Source: the human T2T-CHM13v2.0 reference genome, Homo sapiens | Direction: 5' to 3' (one strand) | Length of the DNA: 64,000 nucleotides | Assembly: GCF_009914755.1 (NCBI RefSeq) | Contig: NC_060939.1 | Shown: piece by piece, positions 38,274 to 51,599 of the stretch | How positions within the stretch are numbered: position 1 is the first letter of the stretch | How the letters are laid out: the number at the start of each line of letters is the position of its first letter | Translations under genes and position numbers: made by a program | The notes under the pieces: model-generated | Databases searched by the model: none | The model's input: the letters and a program-made list of their open reading frames with translations, nothing else | Told to the model about the DNA's origin: nothing

Positions 38274-41200
38274 TGTTGACAACTGATGTGATACCTCTGT
38301 TCTTGTCTTCTTAGTTTTTAAGAATTTAAACAAGAGACACAAGGAAAAAAAGTACAGCATAATTTATTGGAAAAGAAAATATTTGAAAGTTAAGTGCAGA
38401 ATACAGTACACCCTGAGAGAGATACTCCAGGGCAGACTGCTCATAAGAGTGAGACAGCGTGGATTGTCGCTGGAGAAACCCCCTTACGGGAGTTTTACAT
38501 TATTATTAATAAGAAAGGGGAAGAGGAGTTGCTTATAAGCATGTTCTGAGTGATATTCTGGGTGCACATACGCAGTGACTATACATGCTTGTTCATATGT
38601 TGCATGTCTCGTTAGCATCTTAGATCTCCACCCAGGAGTGTATTTCTGTTTGTTTGTTTGTTTGTTTGTTTGAGACAGAGTCTCCCCGTGTTGCCCAAGC
38701 TGGAGTGCAGTGGTGTGATCTCTGCTCACTGCAACCTCCACCTCCTGAGTTCAAGCCATGCTCATGCCTCTGCCTCCAGAGTATCTGGGATTACAGGCAT
38801 GCACCACCATACCCTGCTAATTTTTGTATTTTTAGTTGAGACGGGATTTCACTATGTTGGCCAGTCTAGTCTCAAGCTTCTGGTTTGAAGTGATCCATCT
38901 TCCTCAGCCTCCCAAAGTGCTGGGAGTACAGGTATGAGCCACCTTGCCTGGCTAGGGCCTATATTTTTTGCTATTAAAATAAGCGAAAGTTAAGTTTGAG
39001 GACAGGTGAAATCAAAATGTACATGCTTTCTAGAACAGAAAGTCCTTAATGAGGATAACTTTGCTTGAATAAGCCCAATTACAATGCGAATGCTATGGCT
39101 TATTGTGTTGGCTGTACAGTCACCATGGTTTCTGTATCCTGAGATCATGGTCATTTTCTGTACTATCTATTCTGCCTCAATTTCCCCCTAAGAGATTTTA
39201 GGGCAATAATCATATTGGAGGTTGAGGGGTTAGGCCATTATTTCTGGAGCTGTTTCCTGCTGAGCGGGTGTTACTTCTGCCTAGCCTGGGCCTTAAAGTT
39301 TCTTCCTGTGTGATCTAACAGGGTGTAAACCATGTCGTTCGTGGAACCAGTGGGAAGATGCTGGCAACCAAAGGTTGAAAGCCTTGCAAAACCATCATGC
39401 AAACATGGAGTTGCCGTAAGCAAGAGAGCAAGAAATCAGTTAACATTTTAAACAAAATTGGAAAAAAAGTAAAAGTTGAAAATATAATAATGACTGGTAC
39501 TATTAAAGAGAGCAAGGCAGACAATGGACATAGCTTTCATGTTCCCATGGAAGTTCCTAGAGATTCAATTTTGTCTGCCTGGGTGATGATATTATTAATA
39601 TTTTCTTCGACTAAACCAGACTGATTGATCTCAAAAACAGCATTCTTCTTTTAGATATAAACATGTTCCTCTTTACCCGGCTGGGAGAAGATCCCAGGCT
39701 CCTTGGTTTTGTCGGACTACAGTGGCGATGGAGTCCAGATGTTGTTGAAGTCTATTGAGGCCCTCTGCTGCCTGTTGGGGACACACTGAGATTTTCTGAG
39801 ATAGTTTATACTGGATTCCCAAGGATCCACCTTATGGTGACATTTGTGCTGCAAAGGAATTCTGCATTGAAATGGTGAAAGCAGCAAAAGTTTTAAGTCT
39901 TTTCTATTTTTTGCCAATAAGCAAAAGTTTTCTGCAGCTACGTGGTCAGCAGTCATTGGGTCCATTTATGGATGGTGAAGTTGAATGGTGGTCAAAGTTA
40001 GAGCCTGGAAGGCTTCAGTAAATGCGCTGAAGTTCTTTGGGAGCCATCAGAGCTGTTGCTTGCATTGGATTAGATCATTTATTGAGAAGAGAACAAGCAC
40101 TCTGATGGTCCTCTCTCCATTTGGGACTTTCTGTAAGGGGATCAAATTCTCTGGCCCTGCATGGGGTGAAGTTCCACCGCGAGTAACTACAGCTGGGCTG
40201 GTCACTATTATACCTGGCAAAGGCTGATAGAGAGGAGCATAAGGAGGAGGTGAAACAAGCTTAGATTCTACAGAAGACTCTGATAGTGTGGGGATGCTGC
40301 GGATTCTACAGGAGGTGTAGACCCCTGAGGGTCCCTATCTGGAGCTGGTGTTGGCCTGTTGGGTCTGGGGTCCCTTCCCATTAATAAGAGATGATCTTCT
40401 AATGCTTCTGAGGGGCTTTGTGGCTTACTAGGCTTTAGCCCACAGGTGCTGCATAGAGCTGGGTTTTGTTGTCAGGCCATAAAGGTTTGCACATAGGATA
40501 TTTCAGATCATTTTCCCTGATTTCTACAGAAAAGATCTAGCTGTAGGAGGGTGTTAAAGTTCACAGTCTCATTCCCCAGCCATGTTTTGTGAGCTAATCT
40601 GTATGCAAGCTAAATAGTATTACAAAAGAAGATAAGTTTTTTCTTTTCTTTTTTTTTTTTTTGGTTCATCTAGCCAAAAGCTGTTTCAATTTTTAAATAT
40701 ACATCCCAGGGGTGTTTCAATGACAGTAGAGGAAGCGGCTCCCACGGTGCCGACAGAATCTTGCAACGTCAGAATATGTACTAAAGTCCAGGAGGCCATG
40801 GGCATCACAATGGGACAAGTGGAACCACCAAGGTGTCCAGCACAGCCCCGCGAGACCCCATTAACTGAAGCTCTAGGAGGTCATAGGCATGTGCCATACA
40901 CCATCCTATCTCTCACCAGCGCTGCACATCTCCAGCCCTGCCGAGATGACCCCCACTGCTGGCTGGGGGGCAGATGTCTGGCTGACAAGCCTTTCCCTAA
41001 TTTACTGGTTTGCAATTTATGATGCCGAATTATAACACCTGCAATGCTCAGATTCAAACCCCACGACCGGGCATCTACATGACTTTGAGTCGTTTGTTCA
41101 GCAAAGAAAACCTGTTGAAGAACAATTTCAAGGAGGTGGGAAATGCATAAAGCCTGAAGGGACAGGGTTCTCTTAATATTCCACTCAAAACAAAACAAGA

Positions 41201-42097
41201 CAAAACTGTAAACAGAAAACCCGATCAGAAAATAAAGTACAATAGCCACTAGGTGGCGATCGAGTATTGCCGAAGGGACAGCAAACGATAAGCTGAGTCT
41301 GAAGTGTGGCCAGAAAGATGTGAAACTAAGCAGCAAACTAGCCCGAATATGAAATGTTGAGAGCAACCCATGCGGTGAGTGTCATTTATGGATAGTACAG
41401 ATGCAGCAGCCAAAAGGAGAGCAGACATATATTCTCTCTCTAGAGAATATAGGTGATTTAAACACGTTTCCCCCAGAACTTTAGTGAAACAGCGCTGGAA
41501 CAACCAGCGATAGTTAACCAGGTAGTCTGGAAGTGCCATAGTATTCACTGCAAGAAAAGGGAAACTGAAATTAATGAAGCAGACAAACCTCTCTCCGGGC
41601 CATGGCAAAAGAAATGTTGATGGCTGATGTAATACCTTGGTTCTTATCTTCTTAGCTTAAAAGAATTTAAACAGGAAACATGCAGCAAAAGAAGTACAGC
41701 ATAGAGTAATTTATTGCACACAAAAAAGAAAAGAATACGTTGAAAATCAAGTGCAGAATAGACGGTACAGTCTGAGAAAGAGATTCCAGGGCAGCCTGCT
41801 CATAAGAGTGAGACAGCATTAATTGTTGCTGGAGAAACCCTCCTTCTGGGAGTTTTACATGATTATTCATAAGAAGGTGGAAAGAAGTGTTATAGAAGGC
41901 ATGCTTTGAGTGGTCTTCTGGGTGCACATGTGCAGTAGCTGTACATATTTTTGCATATGTTTCATGTCTCATTAGCATGCAATGACATTTCACCCAGGAA
42001 TGTGTTTTTACTTGTTAAAATGAGCAAAGGTTCAGCTTGAAGACAGATAAAATCAAAATGCACATGCTCTCTAGACGTAAAAGTCCTTACTGAAGAT
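38274..42097 (-). mobile_element. ERV1-class provirus (LTR19/HERVFH19-like): 3'LTR 38274-39179, env and gag remnants, pol absent, truncated 5'LTR 41615-42097
   Basis: Two homologous LTRs, a PPT (ttccccct on +) at ~39182, an env CX6CC motif GTCLYLKEECCF near 39635-39670, a TM anchor in ORF 39315..39524, and gag MA-like VNFNTLLQLDLFCR near 40525-40570. Degenerate PBS near 41595-41610. Confidence 0.8.
38644..38953 (-). mobile_element. AluS inserted in the 3' LTR, with a (TTTG)n tail
   Basis: Full Alu, absent from the cognate LTR at 41615-42097. Confidence 0.9.
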
Positions 42098-44181
42098 AGT
42101 GGGTTTCAAACGACCCCAAGTGCTCCACAACTTAAAAGTCGCTCCCACGAACCTGGAACACTATCTGTTCCTGAGGGATCAGGTCCCATTTGTGTCTCTG
42201 AGACACTGGCAAGTGAGGCACGACTTGGGATGAGACCGATGATTTTAATTGTAAAATGCCTAAATAGCAGCTTCAGGTTACATTTTGGAGCTTGTCCACT
42301 TAAATGGGTTGATGAAAATGGCTCACAAAACTCACGCCTTGGAAAGCGGGTTTTCTCCCTTGCTCTTAGATTTTCTGCAACCCATTAAACTAACTTCCTG
42401 ATGCCTCGACTTTCACATTCGTGAAAAAGGCGCCATTGAGAGTGACGTTTCCAGGAAGGCTCAGCCCTTGTCAGCCCCTGCAGAGCTCTGAAGCTGTTCA
42501 CAAGCAGGCCATGTGGAAGATTTCTCTCAAAAGCCATTGAGCACGCGCTCTGGCTAGAGAAAAAAGAGGGCTGCTGCACAATGGACAGTGTCTCAGACAT
42601 CAGGACAGTTTCCACAGTAGTTTAGGAAAAAAGGCAGTGCCCTGAGCTGCAGAAGGTGCAATGCTCTGGAAGGAACCCTGGGTGCAGCTGAAAGAGGAAC
42701 CTGAGAAGCATAGGGCCAATCGGGTGAGGATAACCCGCCTGATTTGGGCAAAGGTAAGGTGCCTACATAGGGTAATACCCTCCTCAATGCTCAGCCCAGA
42801 CCTGTCCTCCAGGTCCACCTCTGTACTCACTCTCTGTGGCAAAGAGTCGGCATAGCATAAGAACTCAGCAATGCTTTGGACACTGGGAAGTCCACACCGC
42901 TCTGTCCCTCCCTCCAGGTCTATGCACCCCGGATCCCGGTATATGCTGAGATTATGGTTCTGAAGCCCACCGACAAATAGGCTGAGAGCAGTTAACGGAC
43001 TACAGCTCCCAGCATATTAGGTGGGGCATGTACAACTTTGCCCCTTCTTCCAGGGCTATGCCTTACCCCGGAGACTGGCGCATGCTGGGATTGTAGTCCT
43101 GTAGCCATTTGACCAAAGGGCTGGGAGTGTTTATGAGAATACAACTCCCAGCAATCCTAGGGAGGAGCACACAGCCCCGCCTCTTCCCCCAGTGATACGC
43201 ATTGTCCCTGAGACAGGTGCATGCTAAGATTGTAGTCCTGAAGCTCTGCGACCAAACGGCTGGGAGTGTTTATGAGCATATATCTCCCAGCAAGCCTAGG
43301 AAGACGCACACAGCCCCGCCTCTTTTTCCACTGACGCGGACTGTCCCTGACCCCATTGCATACTGGGATGGTAGTCCTGCATCCCTGTGATGAAAGTTCT
43401 GGGAGTCTCTATGAAACTACCTCTCCCAGGAAGCAGAAGGAGGGGTCCACAGCCTAGCCTTTTCCTCCAGTAATGCGCACTGTCCCTGAGCTGGGTGCAT
43501 GCTGGGATTGTAGTCCTGCAGCCCGGTGATGAAAGGTCTGGGAGTGTTTATGAGACTACATCTCCTACCAAGCCCAGGAGGTGCACACAACCCTGCCTCT
43601 TTCTCCAGTGACGCCAACTTTCCCTGAGCCCGGTGCATGCTAGGATTGTAGCGCTGCAGCCCTGTGACAAAAGGGCTGTGAGTGTTTATGAGACTGCATC
43701 TTCCACCAAGCCCAGAGAGGCGTGCAGAGCCTCGCCCCTTCCTCCACTGATTAGCGCATGCTCCCTCAGTCCCATGCATGCTAGGATTGTAGTGCTGCAG
43801 CCCTGTGACCAAAGGGCAGCCCAGTGACCAAAGGGCTAAGAGTGTGTGAGAATACATCTCCGAAAAAGCATAGCGAGAAGAGCACAGGTCCACTTCTTCC
43901 TCCACTGAGGCGCGCTCTCCCTGAGCACGGTGCATGCTGGGATTGTAGTCCTGAAGCCCTGTGACAAAAGGGCTGGGAGAAATAATGAGACTACATCTCC
44001 CAGAAAGCCCAGCGAGACGCATGTACCCCTTTCTCTTCCTCCATTGAGGCGAACTGTCCCGGTGCCCCGTGCATGCTGGAATTGTAGTCCTACAGCTATG
44101 TGATGAAAGGGCTGGGATTGGTTATCAGAATGCATCTCCCAGCAAGCCCAGCGAGGCACGCACAGCTCCACGTCTTCCTCC

Positions 44182-44184
<3 letters not shown>

Positions 44185-44238
<54 letters not shown>
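44185..44238. repeat. (CA)n microsatellite inside one satellite monomer
   Basis: Uninterrupted AC run replacing the gacgcgcac segment of the monomer. Confidence 0.97.
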
Positions 44239-44240
<2 letters not shown>

Positions 44241-46058
44241 CCCTGAACTCGCTGCATGCTGGGATTGTAGTCCTGCAGCCCTGTGACCAAAGGGCCAAGA
44301 GTGTTTATGAGACTACATCTCCCAGAAAACGTAGGGAGAGGCACACAGCCCCACATCTTTTCCCAGTGACGCATACTGTTTTTGATCCTGATACATACTG
44401 GGATTGTAGTCCTGCAGCCCTATGACAAAAGGTCTGAGAGGCTTTATGAAACTACATTTCCCAAGAAGCGCAGCGAGGTGCGCAGAACCTTCCCATCCTT
44501 ATCCAGTGAAGGGGAATGTCCGTGAGCCCCAAGCATGCTGGGATTGTAGTCTTATAGCACTGTGAGCCAAGGGTAGGGAGAGGACACGAGACTACATCTC
44601 CGAGAAAACCTAGGGAGACGCACACAGCCCCACATCTTTTCCCAGTGACGCATGCTGTTTTTGATCCTGATGCATTCTGGGATTGGAGTCCTGCAGTCCC
44701 GTGACAAAAGGTCTCAGAGTCTTTATGAAACTACATTTCCTAGCAAGTGCAGCGAGGTGCACACAACCTTCCCCTCATTCTCCAGTGATGTAGACTGTCC
44801 GTGAGCCCCAAGCATGCTGGGATTGTAGTCTTATAGCACCGTGACCAAAGGACAGGGAGAGGCCATGAGACTACAACTCTCAGGAAACCCAGCAAGGCGC
44901 ACACTGCCCGGCCTCTTTCTCCTTAGACTAGCGCACTGTCACTGAGCTGGGTGCATACTAGGAATGTATTCCTGCAGCCCTGTGAGCAAAGAGCTGGGAG
45001 TGTTTATGAGAATACATCTCCCAGTACTCCCAGGAGGTGCACACAGCCCTGCCTCTTCCTGCAGTGACTAGCGCACTGTCCCTGAGCTGGGTGCATGCTG
45101 GGATTGCAGTCCTTGGCGATCTATGACCAAAGGGCTAGGAGTGTTAATGAGACTACATCTCCCAAAAAAGCAGAGTGAGAAGCGCACAGCCCTCCCTCTT
45201 CCTCCAGTGACGTGTGCTGTCCCTGAGCCCAGTGCATGCTGGGGCTGGAAGTGTAGTCCTTCAGCCCTGTGACGATAGGGCTGCGAGGATTTATGAGAAT
45301 ACATCTCCCAGCAAGCCCAGCGAGTAACAAACAACCCCGCCTCTTCCTCCAGTGACGCGCAATTTCCTTGAGCCCGGTGCTGGCTGGGAGTGTAGTCCTG
45401 CAGCCCTGTGACCAAAGGTTTGGGAGTATTTATGAGAATACATATCCCACCAAGCCCAGCGAGACGTGTACAATCCCTCCTCATCCTCCAGTAACGCGCA
45501 CTATCCTTGATCTTGGTGCATACTGGGATTGTAGTTCTGCGGCCCTGTAATGAAAGGTCTGGTGACTTTATGAAACTACATCTCCCAGCAAGCCAAAGGA
45601 GGCACACAAAGCTTTGCCTCTTCATCCAGGCACACGCACTATCCCTGATCCCGGTGCATGATGGAAATGTAGTCCTTCAGCCCTGTGACCAAAGGGCTGG
45701 GAGTGTTTATGAGACCGCATCTCTCAGCAACTAAAGCAAGGCCTGCACAGCCCCGCCTTTTCCTCCAGTGACGCTCACTGTTCACTAAGGAGTGTTCATG
45801 AGATTACATTTTCCAGCAAGCCCAGCGAGTTATGCACAGCTCTACCTCTTCTTCTAGCGACGCGCACTGTCCCTGATTCCGTTGTATGCTGGGATTGTGG
45901 TGCTGCAGCCCTGTGACAAAGGGGCTGGGAGTCTTTATAAGACTACATCTCCCAGCAAGCCCAAGAGGCTCTCACAGCCATGCACCACCCCCTCCCGCCC
46001 CACTTTTCCTTCAGTGACGCGCACTGTTCCCTGAACATGGTGCATACTGGAATTCTCC

Positions 46059-46681
46059 TGTTGCGGGATTCAGGAGGACGAGACAGACCTCAGGTTGAAA
46101 CAGGAGAATCTTTATTGAGTGCACTCAGGACCAGCTGACTCACGTCAAAAAGACCGGGCCCGGAACACAGACAACACCTGACTTTTATACACACTTCACA
46201 AAAGGGGGTGGGCTAGCTTGAAGCGAGCTTACAGTGGCGTGAAAGCAGGAATACAGAGGCAGGACAAAGACAGGATTGCACATGACCGTTGCCAAGCAAC
46301 CCACATGTCCATTATCTAGGTTTCCCTGGGCATGGGCTTATCCTATAACCCTCACTATGGTTCCCAAACAGCTGTAGTTCAGCCTACTCAGGCTTCTCAT
46401 GACTTTCATTGTACTTCTTCGATAAAACACAATACTTGAAGTCACTAGTTACAGAGAACAAGAATCTATAAACTCATTCCATAAAACAAAGGGAATTTGT
46501 TTTTCTTTTCCCTGTGTTGGGGGAGTGTTGGGAGAACCTCCAGAGCACATTACATAACATTATCAAGAATTTTCCTGGGTCTGGGCTGTGCCTATTGCTG
46601 CCTCTGGGACAAATCAGCCTAATACAAGAAAACTTATTTCTCTTTCCTTTTAATTTCATTTTTCTTTAATTTCCTTCCTTA
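46059..46681 (-). mobile_element. ERV1-class solo LTR inserted in the last satellite monomer
   Basis: TATA (tataaaag) and AATAAA on the minus strand, ending ..gcaaca. Flanks ctcc/gtcc, and the monomer resumes at 46682. Confidence 0.85.
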
Positions 46682-47319
46682 GTCCTGCAGCCCTGTGACC
46701 AAAGGACTGGGAGTGCACAGTTACACATCTGTTCACTTGTCATGAGACTGTTTTCCTTTAACCCCATGAACATACTTACCATAGCTTCTTTCAAATCTTA
46801 CCTACCGATTACAGCATCTTGCACATCTTGAGAATAGGTTCTATTGTCTGCTTTTTATCTTGTGAATCGATTACATTTTCATCCTTCTTCAAGCATCTCA
46901 TAAATTTTTAAATTGTGTGATAGGAATTACAGGGACTCTGGCTTCTGTTGTATTTCTTTGAAAATTATTATTTTATGAGGGAGTTAATTTGAATAGATGC
47001 AAACCCCAATCCTTATCTCTTCTACAGTGGCAATACTAAAATCTTCATTCAGTTCTTCTAAACAGTGTGCGTTTCTATATAGCAAAATATAGTATTTTAT
47101 TAAACTTTATTATAGTATATGTGAAACAGTTATTGAACAATCTACTCTACTTCATTATTACTGGAAGCCAGAACCTCAGTTGTGTTCACTTTCTGGATTT
47201 TATATAAGTGAAATTGTACAACATGTATACTTTTACATCTACTTTCTTCTATGCAACTTTATATTTATGATATTAATTCATCCTATTGCAGATAGCTATA
47301 GTTTGTTTATTTAAAAAAT

Positions 47320-50300
47320 ATTTTTTATATTGTGGCAAAGTATACATAAAATTAACCATTTTAGCTATTTTAAGTGTGCAGCTCAGAAAAATTAACTACA
47401 CTCACATTGTTTTGCAACTATTATTCTCATTCATAGGGACCTTCTTTCAACTTCCAAAACCAAAATTTAATGCACATTAAATAACAGCTCCCTGTTACTC
47501 CCCCTCCAGCTCCTAGGAACCACTCTTCTACTTGGATTTCTAGAATTTAACTACTCTAAGTATCTCATAAGTGGAATGATACAGTATTTGTCCTTTTATG
47601 ACTGGCTTATGTCACTTTGCACAATGTCCTTAAGGTTCATGCATAACGTACCATGTGTCAGAATTTTCTTATTTTACATAACTGAATAACGTTCCAATAT
47701 ATGTATAAATCACATTTTATTTATTTATTCATTGATGATAATTCAAACAACACGGGTAATTCACAAACCTTTTGGGTGATGTGAGTAATGCTGCCATGAG
47801 CCTAGGTGTACGTGTATTATTTTGTGTCTTTGCTTTCACATCTTTTGCTACATACCCAGATGTGAAATTGTGGGATCATATGGTGACTTTTGGTGTACAT
47901 TTTTTAGTTATTATACTGTTATTTTATAGCAGCTGCAACATTTTACATTTCCAACAACAGTGTACAAGGGTTCTAATTGCTCCACGTCCTCACCAACACT
48001 TGTGATTTTCTGTTTTGTTTTGTTTCTTTTGGTAGTAACTATGCTGACGTGTATTAAGTGATATATCATTTGGAGTTATATTTGCATTTTACTAATGATT
48101 AGTTTTGTTGAGCACCTTTTCATGGACTTATTAGCCATTTCACATAATTTTTAAAGAAATGTCTAAGTATTTTGCCCATATTTTAAACAAGTATTTTGTT
48201 TTATTATTGCTGAATTGTTCTTTGTATATTCTGGATAGAGTCCTCTTTATTTTTCTTTTGTTTCTTGCATTTTTTGTGTCCTGTTAAAAAAAATCACTGC
48301 GAAATCCAGCGTTATGACATGTTTTACCTACATTTTATACTAAGAATTTTGTAGTTTTAGCTCTTACATTTAGGTTTTTGTCGAGTTAGTTAATTTTTTC
48401 TTATGGTATAAGTTAAGGGAACAGTTTCACTCTTTTACATGTAGGTACCCAATTTCCCCAGCACTAACTGTTGTAAAGGCAGTTCATTTCCCATAAAAAT
48501 CATTTGACCATATATATGAGGGTTTATTTATATTGGCTTTCTATATTACTCCATTAGTCTATTTGTAGCATGCTATTTTGGAATTTTGTAGTAAGTTTTG
48601 AAATCATTAAGTGTGACTTCTCTAACTTTGGTATTTTTTTTTCAAAATTATTTTTGCAATTTAGGGTCCCTTGAGATTCCTCATAAACTTAAAAATTGAT
48701 TTTTTAATATCTACACAAAATAATTGGCATTTTGCTTCTTGGTTACTTCCTAATTTTATTCTTTTGATGCTATTGTAAATTGAGTTGTTTTCATAATTTT
48801 CTTCTCAGATCATTCGTATTACTACATAAAATACAGTTTATTTTTCTATGTTGATTTTGTATGCTACTACTCTGCTGAATTTATTAATTTTAATATTTTT
48901 TGTGTGGAATCTTTAAGATTTTCTACATAAAAGAATATATTTTCTGTACACACTTTGATGAAGTTTATTTCATTGTCTTTTTTAATTTCTCTGAATGAAA
49001 CTTCTAATACAGTGTTGAATAAAAGTGGCTGGCAAGAGCAGACATTCTGTCTTCTGAGCTTAGACGAAATAATTTTGGTCTTTTCCTCTAGAACATGTAG
49101 TTTGCTGTGGGTTTTTATACGTGAATTTTACAAAGATGGTTTTCTTTTATTCGTAATTTATTGTTTTTATTATAAAATATTTTGAATTTTGTAAAATACA
49201 TTTTCTGTATTAATGAGATAATGTTTTCTAAAAATTTTGTTAATGTGTCATATGCATTGATTATTTTTCATATGCTAAAACTTTTGTTAAGAAAGGCTAG
49301 CTAAGTGAACCAGTGAGACTGGAAAAAGAATAAAGAAATCTATTCTGGTTGTGATCAATTAGTTGTAAACACCATTGCACTGAAACCAGCCATACGCTAA
49401 ATCTTCCTTACATTCCAGTAATAAATTCCCCTTGGTCATGGGGTGTAATCTTGCTAGTATGCTGCTGAATGTGGTTAGCTAGGATGTTGCTGAGTAGTTT
49501 TGCATCCGTGTTCATAAGGGATATTAGTCTATGGGTTTTTGTAGTCTCTTTGTCTGGCTTTGGTATGAGCTAATGCTGGCATCATGGAATAAGTTTGGAA
49601 CTGCTCTCTTCAGGCTTTTGGTAGATTTTGGAAAGGATTTTTGTTCTATAAATGCTTGATCTACATCACCAGTGAAGCCAACAAAACAAGGGCTTTTCTT
49701 CATGAGAGGTTTTTAATTACTGATTCCATTTCCTTAGTAGTTTTCTATCTATTCAGATTTTGTATTTCTTTGTAATCAAGTCTTGCATAAGTAGGAATCT
49801 GCCCACTTTATCTAGGTTTTCCAATTTATCATCCTATCATAGTTCACAGTACACTTTTTTAAACATTTTATTTCTTTGAATTAGTAGTAATGTCCCACTT
49901 TCATTACTCATTTTAGTATGTGAATATGCTGTTAATTTTTCGTGTGTGTAGCTGAAGTTTTGCCAATTGTTAATTTTTTGAAGAACTGAGAGTGAACTTT
50001 TGGTTTTTTGGAATTCTGTTGTTTGTGTAATCTCTATTGCATTTATCTCTGCTAAAATCTTCAATACTTTCTTCTTTCTCTTTGCTTTGCATCTAATTTG
50101 GTGTTATTTTTCTAATTTACTAGGTGATAAAGTTATTATTTATTTGAAATCTTTGCTCTTTTTAAATGTATCTTAGCTGCAAACTTTTCATCTTAACACT
50201 GTTTTTGCTGTTTCCCATAACTTTTGATATGTTTTGTTTTCATTTTTCTTCCTCTGTATGTTCCTACTTCTTCCGTGATTTCTTCCTTTACTTAATTTAT

Positions 50301-50840
50301 ACAATTTTGTAATTCCTTAAGTTGTAATTGTGTAGTTGTTTAATTTATACAATTTTGTAAACTTTCTAGCATTTCATCTGTTATTGATTTAATTTGAGAT
50401 CTACTATACAGCCCATCCTGGAGAATTCCCCATGTGCATTTGAGAAGAGTGTGTACTCTGTTTTGTTGGATGGAGTATATTGTATATATCTGTTAGATCA
50501 ATTTAGTTCATTGAGTTAGTCAAGTCCTCTATTTCCTAATTTGTCATTCATCTCATTTTTCTATTCATTACTCAGAGTGGAGTATTAACATCTTCAACTA
50601 TTATTTTAGAACTGTCTATTTGTCCCTTTAATTCTGTCAACTTAGTCTTTCTATATCTAAATGTTTTATTATTAGGTATGTAAGTGTTTAAACTATTTCT
50701 ATCTTCTTGCCAAATGCACGTTCTATGATTATATAATGTCTTATTGTCTCTTGTAACTTTTTAAGTCTATTTTGTCTGCTATTAATATAGTCATCCCCAG
50801 TCTCTTTTTCCTACTATTGGTATAAAATAATTATTTTCTT
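47320..50840 (-). mobile_element. L1MB-like element remnant
   Basis: Typical L1MB 3'UTR (aattaaccattttagctattttaagtgt) and ORF2 debris such as KILAEINAIE. Confidence 0.8.
49292..49391 (-). pseudogene. RNY3: Y3 RNA retropseudogene
   Basis: The reverse complement ggctggtttcagtgcaatggtgtttacaactaattgatcacaaccag..ctagccttt matches Y3. TSD atatgctaaaactt / atacgctaaatctt. Confidence 0.92.
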
Positions 50841-51599
50841 CCCTTTTTTATAACCCTGAATTGCTGTGGAAAGCTAACAGTAGCATTACTTAATTTAAAA
50901 AGCACAGAAATCTTAAATCAATAGCTTAATGTTTGTAAAAGCATTTAAATGGAAATAAGCTACCAGTTCACCAGGAACAAAGGATATCAGTTGGGTCTAA
51001 GAATAATCATGCCAAAAAGCTCTAGGAGGAAAAGCTCCTGGGAATTAGGACTGTGATAATGGTCTTTGAGATCAACAAAGAAATGGGGAAATGGGGATGC
51101 TCAGGGTCAGGTACATGCTTAGCAAAAGACCCAGAAAACCCTAAGCTGTCACCTGTGTACTTTAAACTCTGCACAAGTAGAAAATAGAGGCACAAGGAGA
51201 GTTGTAACTTTATGCTGATTAGTAAAGGCATGCTCCAACACACATACATAGATCCCAGGTGAAAAAAAATCAGATATTTATTTTTAGTGAAGGTTAAAAA
51301 ATCTGGAGTCTTACTTTCCAATTAAGGATTAGTGAAAATATTTGGGGAGATTTGCATTGATCAGTTCATCCTGAGGTCAAGAAAATCTTGATTTTAAAAT
51401 TTGGAGCCTCCAGTAAAGGATTAGCTTCCACCTAGAGGTGTTCTTTGGCCTTTTGGACTCAGAGCTATCTTGACACTACTACTGGTTACACTGATTTGAA
51501 AGTCAGCTAAGAGCTTGCTACAGAACTCCTGACAAACTAAGTTTGACCTATAGAGGGCTAGGGCATCCCCAGCTGGTTGAAATTTTGTGCCTCCTTCTA

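Larger units (their letters stand above)
42880..46714. repeat. ~139-bp tandem satellite, ~22 monomers (ACRO1-like)
   Basis: ctgggattgtagtcc or close variants recur at ~43086, 43224, 43363, 43502, 43640, 43781 and on to ~46047. The family name is less certain than the array itself. Confidence 0.8.

Noticed and set aside
43417-45625. Repetitive 130-200-aa minus-strand ORFs (GLQDYNPSMH repeats)
   Set aside because: The ~139-bp monomer is not a multiple of 3, so the frame rotates between units and there is no coding constraint.
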